64,000 nt of DNA, taken from contig JBAZVG010000001.1 in the NCBI GenBank assembly GCA_041661005.1, positions 114,116 to 178,115 of the forward strand. Direction: 5' to 3'. Below are positions 1-9,032 of the stretch, piece after piece. The number at the start of each line of letters is the position of its first letter. Positions within the stretch are counted from its first letter, which is position 1. A program made the position numbers and the translations under genes. The notes below the pieces were generated by a model that saw only the letters and a list, made by a program, of their open reading frames with translations, did no database searches and was not told the DNA's origin. This DNA is from Minisyncoccota bacterium. GTDB lineage: Bacteria > Patescibacteriota > Minisyncoccia > Phycocordibacterales > UBA9973.

Positions 1-1
1 T

Positions 2-451
2 CCGATACAGGAAGAAATTCTGAAAAATACGGGGGTATTCAATATCTCCATTCAAATAGAAGAAGACAAAGATGCGCTTTTATCATTTCGTCACATTCCG
101 GGACTGATTGCCTTTAAATCTACACTAAGAAAAGACAATACAGTCATCGGAATAGGGTCATCTATAGGAGTGCTCAACAGATTGAACAAATTTGTGGAGA
201 GAACCGTTTTATTCACTAAAAATGCCAGTCTTATTGATGGATTTATGAGATCTATTAGAATTCTCGATGCTCTATATGTCAATCCCAATAATCAGAACGA
301 TATTGGCATAGCAGAAGGAGTAGATGAACCGGCTTCCGAAAAACAAAGGAGCTACCTAAAAAGTCTCTTAGGTTCTGAAGCCGATGAGGATGAAATAAAT
401 GCTTTAACAAAAGATCAAGCCTCAGAAAGAATTCAGGAGCTGGTGAATTAA
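2..451 (+). CDS. hypothetical protein, 5' end probably beyond the window
   Basis: The listed ORF 170..451 starts at GTG, but the same frame stays open back to nt 2 (in-frame ATG at 71). No recognisable motif. Confidence 0.35.
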   Translation, partial: PIQEEILKNTGVFNISIQIEEDKDALLSFRHIPGLIAFKSTLRKDNTVIGIGSSIGVLNRLNKFVERTVLFTKNASLIDGFMRSIRILDALYVNPNNQNDIGIAEGVDEPASEKQRSYLKSLLGSEADEDEINALTKDQASERIQELVN

Positions 452-473
452 TTATCAACATTAACTTAAAATC

Positions 474-704
474 ATGACAAATATAGCAATAGCTGGTGCA
501 GATATACCTCGCCATTCTTTCTTCTTGGACGAAACCGATGAGCCAGGTATGGCTACGAGCCATCAGAAAAGAACCATTTACCGTCTCTTGTGCGAAGGAA
601 TGGAAGACGGAGAAGGTCGAGAAGTAAATATTAATCAGATTCCATACGTTTCAGAGGATGAAGCTAGAATATGGATTAACGAGCTCGAAAATTCTATTTG
701 GTAA
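474..704 (+). CDS. hypothetical acidic protein (76 aa)
   Basis: ORF-track ORF. A strong hairpin plus T-tract terminator follows immediately. Confidence 0.35.
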   Translation: MTNIAIAGADIPRHSFFLDETDEPGMATSHQKRTIYRLLCEGMEDGEGREVNINQIPYVSEDEARIWINELENSIW

Positions 705-718
705 ATAGATATACATTG

Positions 719-754
719 AAACGGTGGGTCCTATTTTGGACTCACCGTTTTTTT
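719..754. terminator. bidirectional rho-independent terminator
   Basis: AAACGGTGGGTCC-tatttt-GGACTCACCGTTT (13-bp stem, one mismatch) followed by TTTTTTT. It sits between convergent ORFs. Confidence 0.6.
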
Positions 755-757
755 GTG

Positions 758-967
758 CTACTTTAATTTTGAACGAGGAGATCTATTTACCGGCTTTAGA
801 CTCATTTTAATTTCCTGGGCTTTTGCCTGAACTCCTGCTACTGGTCTTTGAAGTTTCAAACCAATAACTCGAGTTGGCACTTTCCCTCCCATACTTTTTA
901 ATTGCTTTACTTCGGTAGGGGTCCAAGCTTGACCAGACCTTGCTATGTATTTTGGTAGTTTTGCCAT
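758..967 (-). CDS. hypothetical basic protein (69 aa)
   Basis: ORF-track ORF. Lys/Arg-rich, with no recognised motif. Confidence 0.3.
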   Translation of the reverse strand: MAKLPKYIARSGQAWTPTEVKQLKSMGGKVPTRVIGLKLQRPVAGVQAKAQEIKMSLKPVNRSPRSKLK

Positions 968-1264
968 AAATTTTAAGTATTGTAGTTTTTTTACTGAGTT
1001 CGACGATTCTCTTCTACTCTCTGTATTATAATGCCGTAAAATAGATTTTGCTATTTATTCCCGATATTCCATTTGTGTGTTGTGTGGGTATATCTGTGTT
1101 TGTACATAAATCTCTTATGTGGCTTATCCTGTGGATACAAATGCTTTTCTTGTTGCGGTCTTGCCCGCAGACGCTTTGATACGAAATTATACGAACGGAA
1201 GCCAGTAAAAAGGTTTTTAAAGTGGTTAAGGAATGTCATATTAATTTTTTAACAAATCTTTTTA

Positions 1265-3502
1265 TTACACAGCAACTAAATCTTTCTCGACACGCTTAAG
1301 TAACACGGCATTCGTTGCAACAATTATTGAAGATATACTCATAAGAAGTGCTGCGAATTCTGGACGGAGCATAATCCCAAACCCCGGATACAAAATTCCA
1401 CCAGCAATAGGAATTGCAAGCACATTATAAATTGAAGCCCAAAAAAGATTTTGTTTCATCTTAAGTACTGTTGCTTTACTCAAAGTAATAGCCCGAAGTA
1501 TGTCTAATGGGTCCGACTTCATAAGAACCACTTTTGCTGTCTCAATAGCAACATCTGTACCCGCGCCTATGGCGATACCTACATCTGACTGAGCTAAAGC
1601 AGGCGCATCATTAACCCCGTCTCCAACCATTGCTGTAAATTTACCCTCATCTTGAAGCTTCTTTACATATTTCTCCTTGTCTTCAGGCAACACCTCAGCA
1701 AAAACTCTGTCTATACCAAGTTCACGACCGACAGCTTCAGCTACCTTTTTATGATCACCCGTAATCATAGCAACTTCGATCCCAAGTTGTTTCAACTTTT
1801 CTACTGCTTTTTTAGCGTTGGGTTTAACAGTATCAGCCGCGGCAACAGCTCCAGCCAGTTTTCCATCTACAGCAATCAAGCTTAGAGTTTTTCCCTCACT
1901 TGCTAAGCGATCTAATGCTTCTCTGGCGTTACCAATTTCAACTTTATTATCGGTTAAAAGTTTTTCTTTCCCTGCCAGAATAATCTGGCCATTAATTATT
2001 GCTCTAAGTCCGTAACCCGCGATAGATTCAAATTTACTGATTGATATAAGCGGAGTAGCGCCTTGTCGTTCCGCCTCTTCCATTATCGCTTTAGCTAACG
2101 GATGGTTAGACCCAGCCTCTACGCTTGCTTCATAATTCAAAATATCTCTTTCAGTAAATCCATTGAAAGTAACCACATCCGTTACTTTCGGTTTCCCCTC
2201 TGTGAGTGTACCTGTTTTATCTAAAACTATTGCTTGAATTTTTGAAACTTGCTCAAGAGTTGGTGCATCTTTTATAAGAATATTATGTTTTGCCCCAAGC
2301 CCAGTGCCCACAGCCACAGCTGTCGGCGTAGCAAGTCCAAGTGCATCAGGGCAAGCGATCACAACCGTTGCTATTGCAAAAGAAAGTGCTAATAGAAATG
2401 TTGAGCCTGCTACAAAATACCAAATAATAAAAACTAGGAGTCCGGATCCTACGGCCGCAATAACTAAGTACTTCGCAAATCTATCAGCTAATCTTTGTCC
2501 TGGCGCTTTTGAGTTTTGTGCTTGTTCAACCATCGCTACAATTCGAGCAAGAGCAGTATCTTTGCCAATTTTTGTTGCTTTAAATTTTACTGAGCCAGTA
2601 ATATTGATAGATCCACCAATTACTTGATCTCCAATATTTTTAGAAGTAGGAATTGACTCTCCAGTAACTAATGATTCATCAATAGCAGTTTCGCCCTCTA
2701 TAATTTCCCCATCAACAGGAACTTTATCTCCTGGCTTAAGAATAATAATATCCCCCAATTGTATGTCTGATGTAGAAACAAGTATTTCTTTGCCATCTTT
2801 AAAAACTCTAGCTTGAGGTGGAACAAGATTAAAAAGTGCCTGTAGAGCATCTGTCGTCCCACGACGAGATTTCATTTCCATCCAATGACCAAAGAGGACG
2901 AAAGTAATGAGCATAGCAGCTGCTTCATAGTATGAATCTCTGCTACCGATTAAAGTTAATAAAATACTGAAGCCATAAGCTGCACTAATACCAACGGCGA
3001 TAAGCACCGCCATGTTGAGCAGTTTATTTTTTAAAGCATAGTATGTTGAGTAAAGAAAAATCCACCCAGAGTAAAAGAATACTGGTGTTGTTAAAATAAA
3101 AAGAAGCCACGGAATAGGTAGCGGTGACGGAAGATTAAGTTTTAAATATTCAGTTCCTAGTGGAGAATATAAAATTATTGGAATCGTAAGTAAAAGCGAA
3201 AAAAAGAATTTGTTACGAATATCTATTTCCATGAGACGAGCCATTTCTCGTCCTGCTAAACCTGTGTGGTCCATGCCCATAGTCATAGACATACTCATTT
3301 TAAATTTCTGCCAAAATCCCATTTTAGACTGATTCTCCATTGAATGTCCCGCGTGAGTATCATGATTAGTTTTAACTTCTTCTTTTTTAACAAGTACCAT
3401 TCCACACTTAGGACAAACACCTGGCTTATCAGAAAGAACTTCTGGATGCATTACGCAGGTATATATTGTTTTCTCTTTTTCTGTTATGTGATTGTGTTCC
3501 AT
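1265..3502 (-). CDS. heavy-metal (Cu+/Ag+-type) translocating P1B-type ATPase
   Basis: N-terminal CPKCGM metal-binding ribbon. TM helix with a CPD (CPx) motif, DKTGTLT phosphorylation site, GDGVNDAP hinge motif, 745 aa. Confidence 0.9.
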   Translation of the reverse strand: MEHNHITEKEKTIYTCVMHPEVLSDKPGVCPKCGMVLVKKEEVKTNHDTHAGHSMENQSKMGFWQKFKMSMSMTMGMDHTGLAGREMARLMEIDIRNKFFFSLLLTIPIILYSPLGTEYLKLNLPSPLPIPWLLFILTTPVFFYSGWIFLYSTYYALKNKLLNMAVLIAVGISAAYGFSILLTLIGSRDSYYEAAAMLITFVLFGHWMEMKSRRGTTDALQALFNLVPPQARVFKDGKEILVSTSDIQLGDIIILKPGDKVPVDGEIIEGETAIDESLVTGESIPTSKNIGDQVIGGSINITGSVKFKATKIGKDTALARIVAMVEQAQNSKAPGQRLADRFAKYLVIAAVGSGLLVFIIWYFVAGSTFLLALSFAIATVVIACPDALGLATPTAVAVGTGLGAKHNILIKDAPTLEQVSKIQAIVLDKTGTLTEGKPKVTDVVTFNGFTERDILNYEASVEAGSNHPLAKAIMEEAERQGATPLISISKFESIAGYGLRAIINGQIILAGKEKLLTDNKVEIGNAREALDRLASEGKTLSLIAVDGKLAGAVAAADTVKPNAKKAVEKLKQLGIEVAMITGDHKKVAEAVGRELGIDRVFAEVLPEDKEKYVKKLQDEGKFTAMVGDGVNDAPALAQSDVGIAIGAGTDVAIETAKVVLMKSDPLDILRAITLSKATVLKMKQNLFWASIYNVLAIPIAGGILYPGFGIMLRPEFAALLMSISSIIVATNAVLLKRVEKDLVAV

Positions 3503-3515
3503 AATTTTTATTTAA

Positions 3516-3692
3516 TTAGTTCTCTTTATTACTTTCGACAGCATATTTTATAATATCTAAATTGCAACTTTGATGTTCTTTGCACCACGCTTCACATTTT
3601 TCCGCCCATTCCCTTTCTTTATAGTATAAACCGCACTCAGGACATTGAAAGAGTTCCCCGTTGATTTTATTATTATCATTTTTAGAATTCAT
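3516..3692 (-). CDS. small zinc-ribbon protein (58 aa), not in the ORF track
   Basis: Hand-translated: MNSKNDNNKINGELFQCPECGLYYKEREWAEKCEAWCKEHQSCNLDIIKYAVESNKEN. CPxC...CxxxC pattern. Sits tightly between the ATPase and the next gene. Confidence 0.4.
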   Translation of the reverse strand: MNSKNDNNKINGELFQCPECGLYYKEREWAEKCEAWCKEHQSCNLDIIKYAVESNKEN

Positions 3693-3702
3693 ACATTTAT
3701 GT

Positions 3703-4443
3703 TTATGTTAATTTTTTCCAGGTAATATGCTCATATATACTCGACCATAAAAAACCGAAACTAAAAGCAAACAAGAGTTCCTCTAGTGGAATTCCAATAA
3801 CTAAAATTCCGGAAATGGCTTTAAGATTCCAAACCTGTTCAACATAACCAGGTGAAATTGCAATAAGTGTTAAAAAGTAGAAAAAATAAAGAATTAAAAA
3901 AATAAATGCGCTTGTAATCATTTTTTTCTTTAAATCTGGTCTGCAATACCATGTAGCTAGTCCACCAAGAATCATAGCAATAATTGCCGAATGCAAAGAA
4001 TTTAAATTTGTTGTAATTAAGAGTAAAATAAGAATTATTGGCGTGGATATAAGTATCCACATATGAAATTTATGCCTGGGTGAATGGTGATCTTTCATTG
4101 GCATAGGGATATCCTGCCTGTGAAAAATTTTATTGTATAAAATAATTGCAATACCTCCGATACCAAAAGAAAAAATCAAACTTTCTATATCGAATCCTGT
4201 TCGTAAGGTAAGATTAAATAAAGATGGCGGAGACCAATATGATGGCACAAAGAGGGGCTCAGTGAGACCAAGAAGCGATGTCCATAGACTAACTATCAGC
4301 ATCTCTTTTCTGGCCTTTTTAGAATCGAGAGAAGCATAAATAACTAGCCAAATCGCAACTAATATTAAGCTCCATATTAACCATATATATTGCATGTAAT
4401 TTATATTAAAGCTGCCAAGTAAAACTTCTGACAACATCACCAA
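3703..4443 (-). CDS. polytopic integral membrane protein (246 aa)
   Basis: Multiple hydrophobic helices. No catalytic motif recognised. Confidence 0.5.
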   Translation of the reverse strand: MVMLSEVLLGSFNINYMQYIWLIWSLILVAIWLVIYASLDSKKARKEMLIVSLWTSLLGLTEPLFVPSYWSPPSLFNLTLRTGFDIESLIFSFGIGGIAIILYNKIFHRQDIPMPMKDHHSPRHKFHMWILISTPIILILLLITTNLNSLHSAIIAMILGGLATWYCRPDLKKKMITSAFIFLILYFFYFLTLIAISPGYVEQVWNLKAISGILVIGIPLEELLFAFSFGFLWSSIYEHITWKKLT

Positions 4444-4870
4444 TACTAGAAATTTTTAATTCCACAGACTTCGGGGCAGGTGTTATCTGATTAAATATTA
4501 ACACACCTTCTCTGTGATGTCCTCCGACTGGTCCATCCCAGCTAAGCGGTTTATATTCTTTTCCTTGGTCATCCACAAGTACGGCAATTTTTGTCATATC
4601 TTGATTCAATTCAACAGAATGAGTGTTCATGCCGACATCAAATTTCCATTCTTTAGAATTTGGTGATAAATCTATTGGAGTAACAACCACAGTTACATTG
4701 GCTTGTTCTTCCGTCTTTGTTTCCCAACCTTGCTTAGTAGTAGTTACTTGCTGATTCGCTTGATTAGCAACGGGAGTTATTTGTTTTGCGGGACCGCCAC
4801 GATAAAAAAAGAGGAATCCTCCCAGAAAAGCAAGAGCCAATGTGAGTATTGTTAATGTTTTGTTATTCAT
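4406..4870 (-). CDS. membrane-anchored or secreted hypothetical protein (154 aa)
   Basis: N-terminal hydrophobic helix, then a soluble domain. Its stop overlaps the start of the upstream gene. Confidence 0.5.
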   Translation of the reverse strand: MNNKTLTILTLALAFLGGFLFFYRGGPAKQITPVANQANQQVTTTKQGWETKTEEQANVTVVVTPIDLSPNSKEWKFDVGMNTHSVELNQDMTKIAVLVDDQGKEYKPLSWDGPVGGHHREGVLIFNQITPAPKSVELKISSIGDVVRSFTWQL

Positions 4871-5307
4871 GATCTTTTTCTTATTTTAATAATTCTGCTT
4901 ATCATATACACAATACCGGCAACGTTAAAGAAAATTCCTACCCAGAATAACTTGACTTGATACTGTGCGACAAAAGTAACGAGTCCAGTCACGCCAAGAA
5001 TAGGCAATAAATTAACCAAATAATGCGCGCAACAAGAAATCATGGCCGCAGTAGAAGTGGTTCCAGACACTCCAATCACTTTCCCCATACCTTGTGTACT
5101 ATGTACTATATTTTTAATGTATTGATATAGTGTAATTTGAATACCGAAACCTACAACCAGACTAACTATGAAATACCAGTAGTCCGCAAACTGACTCTGA
5201 GCAAATACCCAACCCGACACGAAGGTAAGAACTGAGAAATAAATTGCAAGTAAAATTAGGCTTGCAAGTATTCCATATAAGATTGATTTTGTAGTGTTAT
5301 TGAACAT
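4867..5307 (-). CDS. small integral membrane protein (146 aa, about 4 TM)
   Basis: Hydrophobicity pattern. Start/stop coupling (ATGA) with the downstream gene. Confidence 0.5.
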   Translation of the reverse strand: MFNNTTKSILYGILASLILLAIYFSVLTFVSGWVFAQSQFADYWYFIVSLVVGFGIQITLYQYIKNIVHSTQGMGKVIGVSGTTSTAAMISCCAHYLVNLLPILGVTGLVTFVAQYQVKLFWVGIFFNVAGIVYMISRIIKIRKRS

Positions 5308-5313
5308 ATTAAT

Positions 5314-5484
5314 TTAATGACAACAACTTCCTCCAGAATGTTTTGATTGTTCTTCAGCCCTTTTACCGTATTCTTCTTTACAATTTTCTGAACAGAATTT
5401 TTTACCAGATTTTTCGGGATAATCTTTTCCTTTTTCCAGTTCCATTTTACAAACAGGACACTTTTCTTTAAATATATTAAACAT
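5314..5484 (-). CDS. small YHS/TRASH-type metal-binding protein (56 aa), not in the ORF track
   Basis: Hand-translated: MFNIFKEKCPVCKMELEKGKDYPEKSGKKFCSENCKEEYGKRAEEQSKHSGGSCCH. CPVCxM...FCSxxC resembles the YHS/TRASH fold. C-terminal HSGGSCCH tail. Confidence 0.5.
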   Translation of the reverse strand: MFNIFKEKCPVCKMELEKGKDYPEKSGKKFCSENCKEEYGKRAEEQSKHSGGSCCH

Positions 5485-5507
5485 AAATTTATTATTTTAA
5501 TTAACTG

Positions 5508-6134
5508 TTAATTTTTCAATTTAGGAATAAAAGCGGGTGTTTTATTCACATATTCATTCCATTGATCTCCGAATTCTTTTTGAGAATCCTTTTCTTCACT
5601 TTTAGCAAGCCGTGTATACATCCATACAAGAATTGGAAACATAATAAGAGTGAGGAGTGTTGGCCATTGCAAGAAAAAACCGAACATAATTATCACAAAG
5701 CCTACATATTGTGGATGACGAATGCGAGCATATGGACCAGTGACAGCTAGAGTATGTTCACTTTGAGCTTTATAAAGCACTTTCCAAGCTTTAGAGAGAA
5801 GCGTAAAGCCATAAATAATCAGAATATAGCTTGCTATGTGAAATGGTCCAAAGTGCGGATCACCACCCCAACCGAAGAAATCCTCAAAAAGATGTCCCGA
5901 ATTATGTGCCAAGAAATCAATATTAGGGAATTTTACAGAGAGCCACGGATAAAGAAAATATATTGTTAACGGAAATCCATACATCTCTGTAAATAGGGCA
6001 ACAATGAATGCTGAGAATCCTCCGAATGATCGCCAATCTCGAGAAGTCTTTGGTTTAGTAAAACTAAATGCAAAGATTATGAAGACCAGCGAATTTATAA
6101 TGACGAGTGGCCAAAGGCCGTAAGAGTTTTCCAT
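5508..6134 (-). CDS. ICMT/PEMT-family (NnrU-like) membrane methyltransferase-like protein
   Basis: RIRHPQYVGF motif and the hydrophobic topology typical of isoprenylcysteine carboxyl / phospholipid methyltransferases. Confidence 0.55.
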   Translation of the reverse strand: MENSYGLWPLVIINSLVFIIFAFSFTKPKTSRDWRSFGGFSAFIVALFTEMYGFPLTIYFLYPWLSVKFPNIDFLAHNSGHLFEDFFGWGGDPHFGPFHIASYILIIYGFTLLSKAWKVLYKAQSEHTLAVTGPYARIRHPQYVGFVIIMFGFFLQWPTLLTLIMFPILVWMYTRLAKSEEKDSQKEFGDQWNEYVNKTPAFIPKLKN

Positions 6135-6143
6135 AGTATTTTT

Positions 6144-6308
6144 TTAGTGACAACATCCATGACCTGAATGATCCTTCTTAGCATCTTTGTTTTCAGGTTC
6201 ATCTCCAATATGTTCTTCGTGTTTACCGTGCTTACCGCGCATCATAAAGAAATGTATTAGCGGACACAAAATGACCAGAAGAGCAATAATTATCCATTGA
6301 GACATAAT
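6144..6308 (-). CDS. small membrane protein with a His/Cys-rich C-terminal tail
   Basis: Start taken at the internal MSQW Met to avoid overlap with the upstream gene. One TM helix, then ...HGKHEEH...DHSGHGCCH, the same HSGxxCCH tail as ORF 5314..5484. Confidence 0.4.
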   Translation of the reverse strand: MMSQWIIIALLVILCPLIHFFMMRGKHGKHEEHIGDEPENKDAKKDHSGHGCCH

Positions 6309-6312
6309 AATT

Positions 6313-6576
6313 TTATTTATTAATATTAATAAGACTTGAATTGTGCATCCATACGAAATAGGAGGCAAAAATCCAAGCAAAGACAAACAAATCAATTGCG
6401 CCAATAATAACCCCGCTCACCGTTCCCCAAGTAAAGCCGGGGAGAAGTCCGAAAAGAGAATGGTGCAGTTGCGCCGCTGTTCCAGACAGAAGCGCGCCAT
6501 AGATCAGGCAAAGCACATAAAAAATTCCTGTGCCAAGAACACATTTCCAGCCGTATTTTTTTAATGATAGTTCCAT
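6313..6576 (-). CDS. small integral membrane protein (87 aa)
   Basis: Hydrophobic ORF from the ORF track. Confidence 0.4.
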   Translation of the reverse strand: MELSLKKYGWKCVLGTGIFYVLCLIYGALLSGTAAQLHHSLFGLLPGFTWGTVSGVIIGAIDLFVFAWIFASYFVWMHNSSLININK

Positions 6577-6627
6577 AAATTTAGAATTAAATTTTTTAAT
6601 AATCTAATAATTTTAATCTTTTATTAC

Positions 6628-7254
6628 TTATTTATACCAATTCTTATACCAATTTTGCATTTCTTCTATTTCTTTTGATTGTGATTCAGTAATATTATTG
6701 GCAAGTGTTAACATTTCTGGTCTATTTGTCCCGGCTTTTAGCATTTGCGCCATTATAATAGCTAATTGATGATGAGGAATCATGTTTTCGATAAATGCTT
6801 TATCAAAATCAGTTGCGTTTTCTAATACTTGAGTATCTTGCTGATTTCCAACCATATGCATTCCTCCATATGACATCATGCCACCCATCATTGAGTACAC
6901 ATTTCCGGTTTTAACATCTCCGCCAAACCAACTTTTATACCATGCCTGCATTTCTATTACTTCTTTTTCTTGAGCACTAATAATGTTTTGAGCAAGAGTA
7001 TTAATTTCTGGCCTTTTTGCTTTTTGCAAGGCAAGCTTTGCCATCGCTATAGCTCCATCGTGATGCGGAATCATCTGCTCAATAAAATGCTCGTCTATGT
7101 TATTCATCATCCCAACTGTTCTGCCTGGAGTTATGTTGTTCGAGTTATTTACTCCCCACATCATTGATCTATATTGCCCTGTAGAGCTTAACAACAAAAC
7201 AATGACTGCCCCGATCAATATTCCTCCGGCTCCAAACGCAATTTTGTCATTCAT
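6628..7254 (-). CDS. DUF305 (ferritin-like, copper-resistance-associated) protein with two repeats
   Basis: Two copies of the MIPHH...AI.MA...EMQ.WYK.W signature. N-terminal TM anchor. Confidence 0.8.
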   Translation of the reverse strand: MNDKIAFGAGGILIGAVIVLLLSSTGQYRSMMWGVNNSNNITPGRTVGMMNNIDEHFIEQMIPHHDGAIAMAKLALQKAKRPEINTLAQNIISAQEKEVIEMQAWYKSWFGGDVKTGNVYSMMGGMMSYGGMHMVGNQQDTQVLENATDFDKAFIENMIPHHQLAIIMAQMLKAGTNRPEMLTLANNITESQSKEIEEMQNWYKNWYK

Positions 7255-7272
7255 ATTTTTTCAATTAATCTA

Positions 7273-7464
7273 TTAATTTTCTCCTACATACATGTCAGGA
7301 TCACTCACAAAATGACCTTTGCATACATCAGAACAGAAGTAATATTCTTTGCCCTCATGCTCGAAAGCATGCGTAACATCGCTCATATTAAGCTCCATAC
7401 CGCACACAAGGTCAAAAACCTTTCTTGATTTTTCGTCTTGATTTTCGACAGGTAATTTTCCCAT
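7273..7464 (-). CDS. YHS-domain metal-binding protein
   Basis: DLVCGM...YYFCSDVCKGHF, the classic YHS/TRASH signature. Confidence 0.75.
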   Translation of the reverse strand: MGKLPVENQDEKSRKVFDLVCGMELNMSDVTHAFEHEGKEYYFCSDVCKGHFVSDPDMYVGEN

Positions 7465-7467
7465 AAA

Positions 7468-7851
7468 CTATTTTGCGTTATTGATAATGTTTTGAATAAT
7501 CTGGTCAATTTCTTTCGGCAAAGTACCTAATTGTGCTTTGGGAAAAAATTGCGACAAAATGATTGGACGCATGCCGGAAATAAAAGTTTGCCCATCTTTA
7601 GTATAAACGTTAATTTTGCAAGGCAAGCAAAGGCCAATCTTTATATCGGCTTGCAAGATAGAGTAAGCGGACTTCGCATTACAAAACTCAATAATCTTCA
7701 TCGGTTCAATAGTAAATCCTTTCTCGGCTAAAGTTTTATGCACATTGTGAATATAGAGTACCCGAAAACCGGCTTTAACCGTTTCTTCTTGCACACTTTC
7801 GACTGCCTCGTCAAAAGTTTTCGTTGTAGTTAAGGTGTAATCAAATTCCAT
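7468..7851 (-). CDS. DUF302 domain protein
   Basis: Size and conserved pattern (FDEAVESV...AGF.VLYIHNVH...) typical of DUF302. In an operon with the YHS protein. Confidence 0.7.
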   Translation of the reverse strand: MEFDYTLTTTKTFDEAVESVQEETVKAGFRVLYIHNVHKTLAEKGFTIEPMKIIEFCNAKSAYSILQADIKIGLCLPCKINVYTKDGQTFISGMRPIILSQFFPKAQLGTLPKEIDQIIQNIINNAK

Positions 7852-7874
7852 ATGTTTCTTATGTTAAATTATAA

Positions 7875-8114
7875 TTAGTTGCCTAAATCTTTCTTCTTTT
7901 CCTCAAATTCTTTTTTATCTATTTCGCCCTTGGCATATCTTTCTTTTAGAATATCGAGGGCTTTTTTACTATCGGTCTCATTTAATCTATTGCTGCGAAC
8001 AAGCCAAACAATAAAATAAATAACTGCTGCCCAGAATAGAATCATCATGATTCCACCGCCGAACCAACCCATCATATTACCCCAACCCCAACCATTATAT
8101 ATTCCGTACATCAT
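7875..8114 (-). CDS. SHOCT-domain membrane protein
   Basis: Gly/Trp-rich TM segment, then C-terminal [22 protein letters not shown] (SHOCT). Confidence 0.7.
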   Translation of the reverse strand: MMYGIYNGWGWGNMMGWFGGGIMMILFWAAVIYFIVWLVRSNRLNETDSKKALDILKERYAKGEIDKKEFEEKKKDLGN

Positions 8115-8122
8115 AATATATT

Positions 8123-8395
8123 TTATTTATTTGATAATGCGTATAGATCTACAAGTTCTTTGATAGCTTTGCCTTCTTGTTTTGTGTCATTAAGCATATG
8201 CTTTACGTGACTACTAAGATGATTTGCCAAAAGAACTCTATCCATACTTTTAAGTGAAAGTTGTATTGATCTCGACTGTGTTATTAAATCAATACAATAC
8301 TTTTCCTCTTCTATGGCCTTTATGAGACCATCAGTTTGACCACGAATTATTCTTGCTCTGTGGAGTGCTTTCTTTTTTAGTTTTTGATCTAACAT
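8123..8395 (-). CDS. metal-sensing transcriptional repressor, CsoR/RcnR/FrmR family
   Basis: [28 protein letters not shown]...ANHLSSHV matches the DUF156 helical-bundle repressor signature (Cys/His metal ligands). Confidence 0.8.
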   Translation of the reverse strand: MLDQKLKKKALHRARIIRGQTDGLIKAIEEEKYCIDLITQSRSIQLSLKSMDRVLLANHLSSHVKHMLNDTKQEGKAIKELVDLYALSNK

Positions 8396-8481
8396 ATGTA
8401 AGTTTTATAATTTAGTAATTAGGTTCGACCTTTCCTATACTCTATACCCCCACCCCCTATTTGTCAACTTAGGGAATTTGC

Positions 8482-9012
8482 TTAAACTGGAGCTTTTTCT
8501 GGAGCTCTATCATTGTTCGTTTCAATGAATTCCTTGATTTTCGTTTCATCAATAGTCTGAAGCTTTAGAAGATAACCCCACGATGTTAAAGCAACTGGAA
8601 CATCAAGATCCTTGCGTGCTAGCATTATTTTCTTCCCGGAAGAACTATTAAATGCTTCCGTAATTTTATCCACATCACTTTGATCCAATCCTTCTCTATA
8701 CCAAACTACTACTGCGCCATGTTCCATGCTATGAAGTAGAAGCTCGTCAGGAGTTGATTCATCTTTAATTCCTGCTCCTGCTGTATCGACCCAATGCGGT
8801 CCAGAGGTTGGAGGGTTTGAATTGTATATTGCATGTGTTGCGCCACGAGCAACATGTTGACCGCCCAAATCAGGCATCTTTTCCCCCATCATAGGTTGAC
8901 TAAGTCTTGCGGTAGTAGCAGTCGCATTGCTACTAGATAACCATGTTCCACTGACTATAATAACTAATGTTAATAATCCAATCCCTATAAATACTTTATG
9001 TTCTGTTTTCAT
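8482..9012 (-). CDS. DUF3105 domain protein (membrane-anchored)
   Basis: NSNPPTSGPH...HSMEHGAVVVWY motif. N-terminal TM helix. Confidence 0.65.
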   Translation of the reverse strand: MKTEHKVFIGIGLLTLVIIVSGTWLSSSNATATTARLSQPMMGEKMPDLGGQHVARGATHAIYNSNPPTSGPHWVDTAGAGIKDESTPDELLLHSMEHGAVVVWYREGLDQSDVDKITEAFNSSSGKKIMLARKDLDVPVALTSWGYLLKLQTIDETKIKEFIETNNDRAPEKAPV

Positions 9013-9032
9013 AATATTTTTTATTTAATCTA

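Noticed and set aside
1051-1239. 62-aa minus-strand ORF upstream of the ATPase
   Set aside because: It lies in the probable promoter region of the ATPase, has odd composition, and lacks a convincing start context.
1652-2627. Plus-strand ORFs 1652..1885, 1818..2015 and 2304..2627 inside the ATPase gene
   Set aside because: They are antisense to a well-supported P-type ATPase CDS, with low-complexity Ser/Ala-rich translations.
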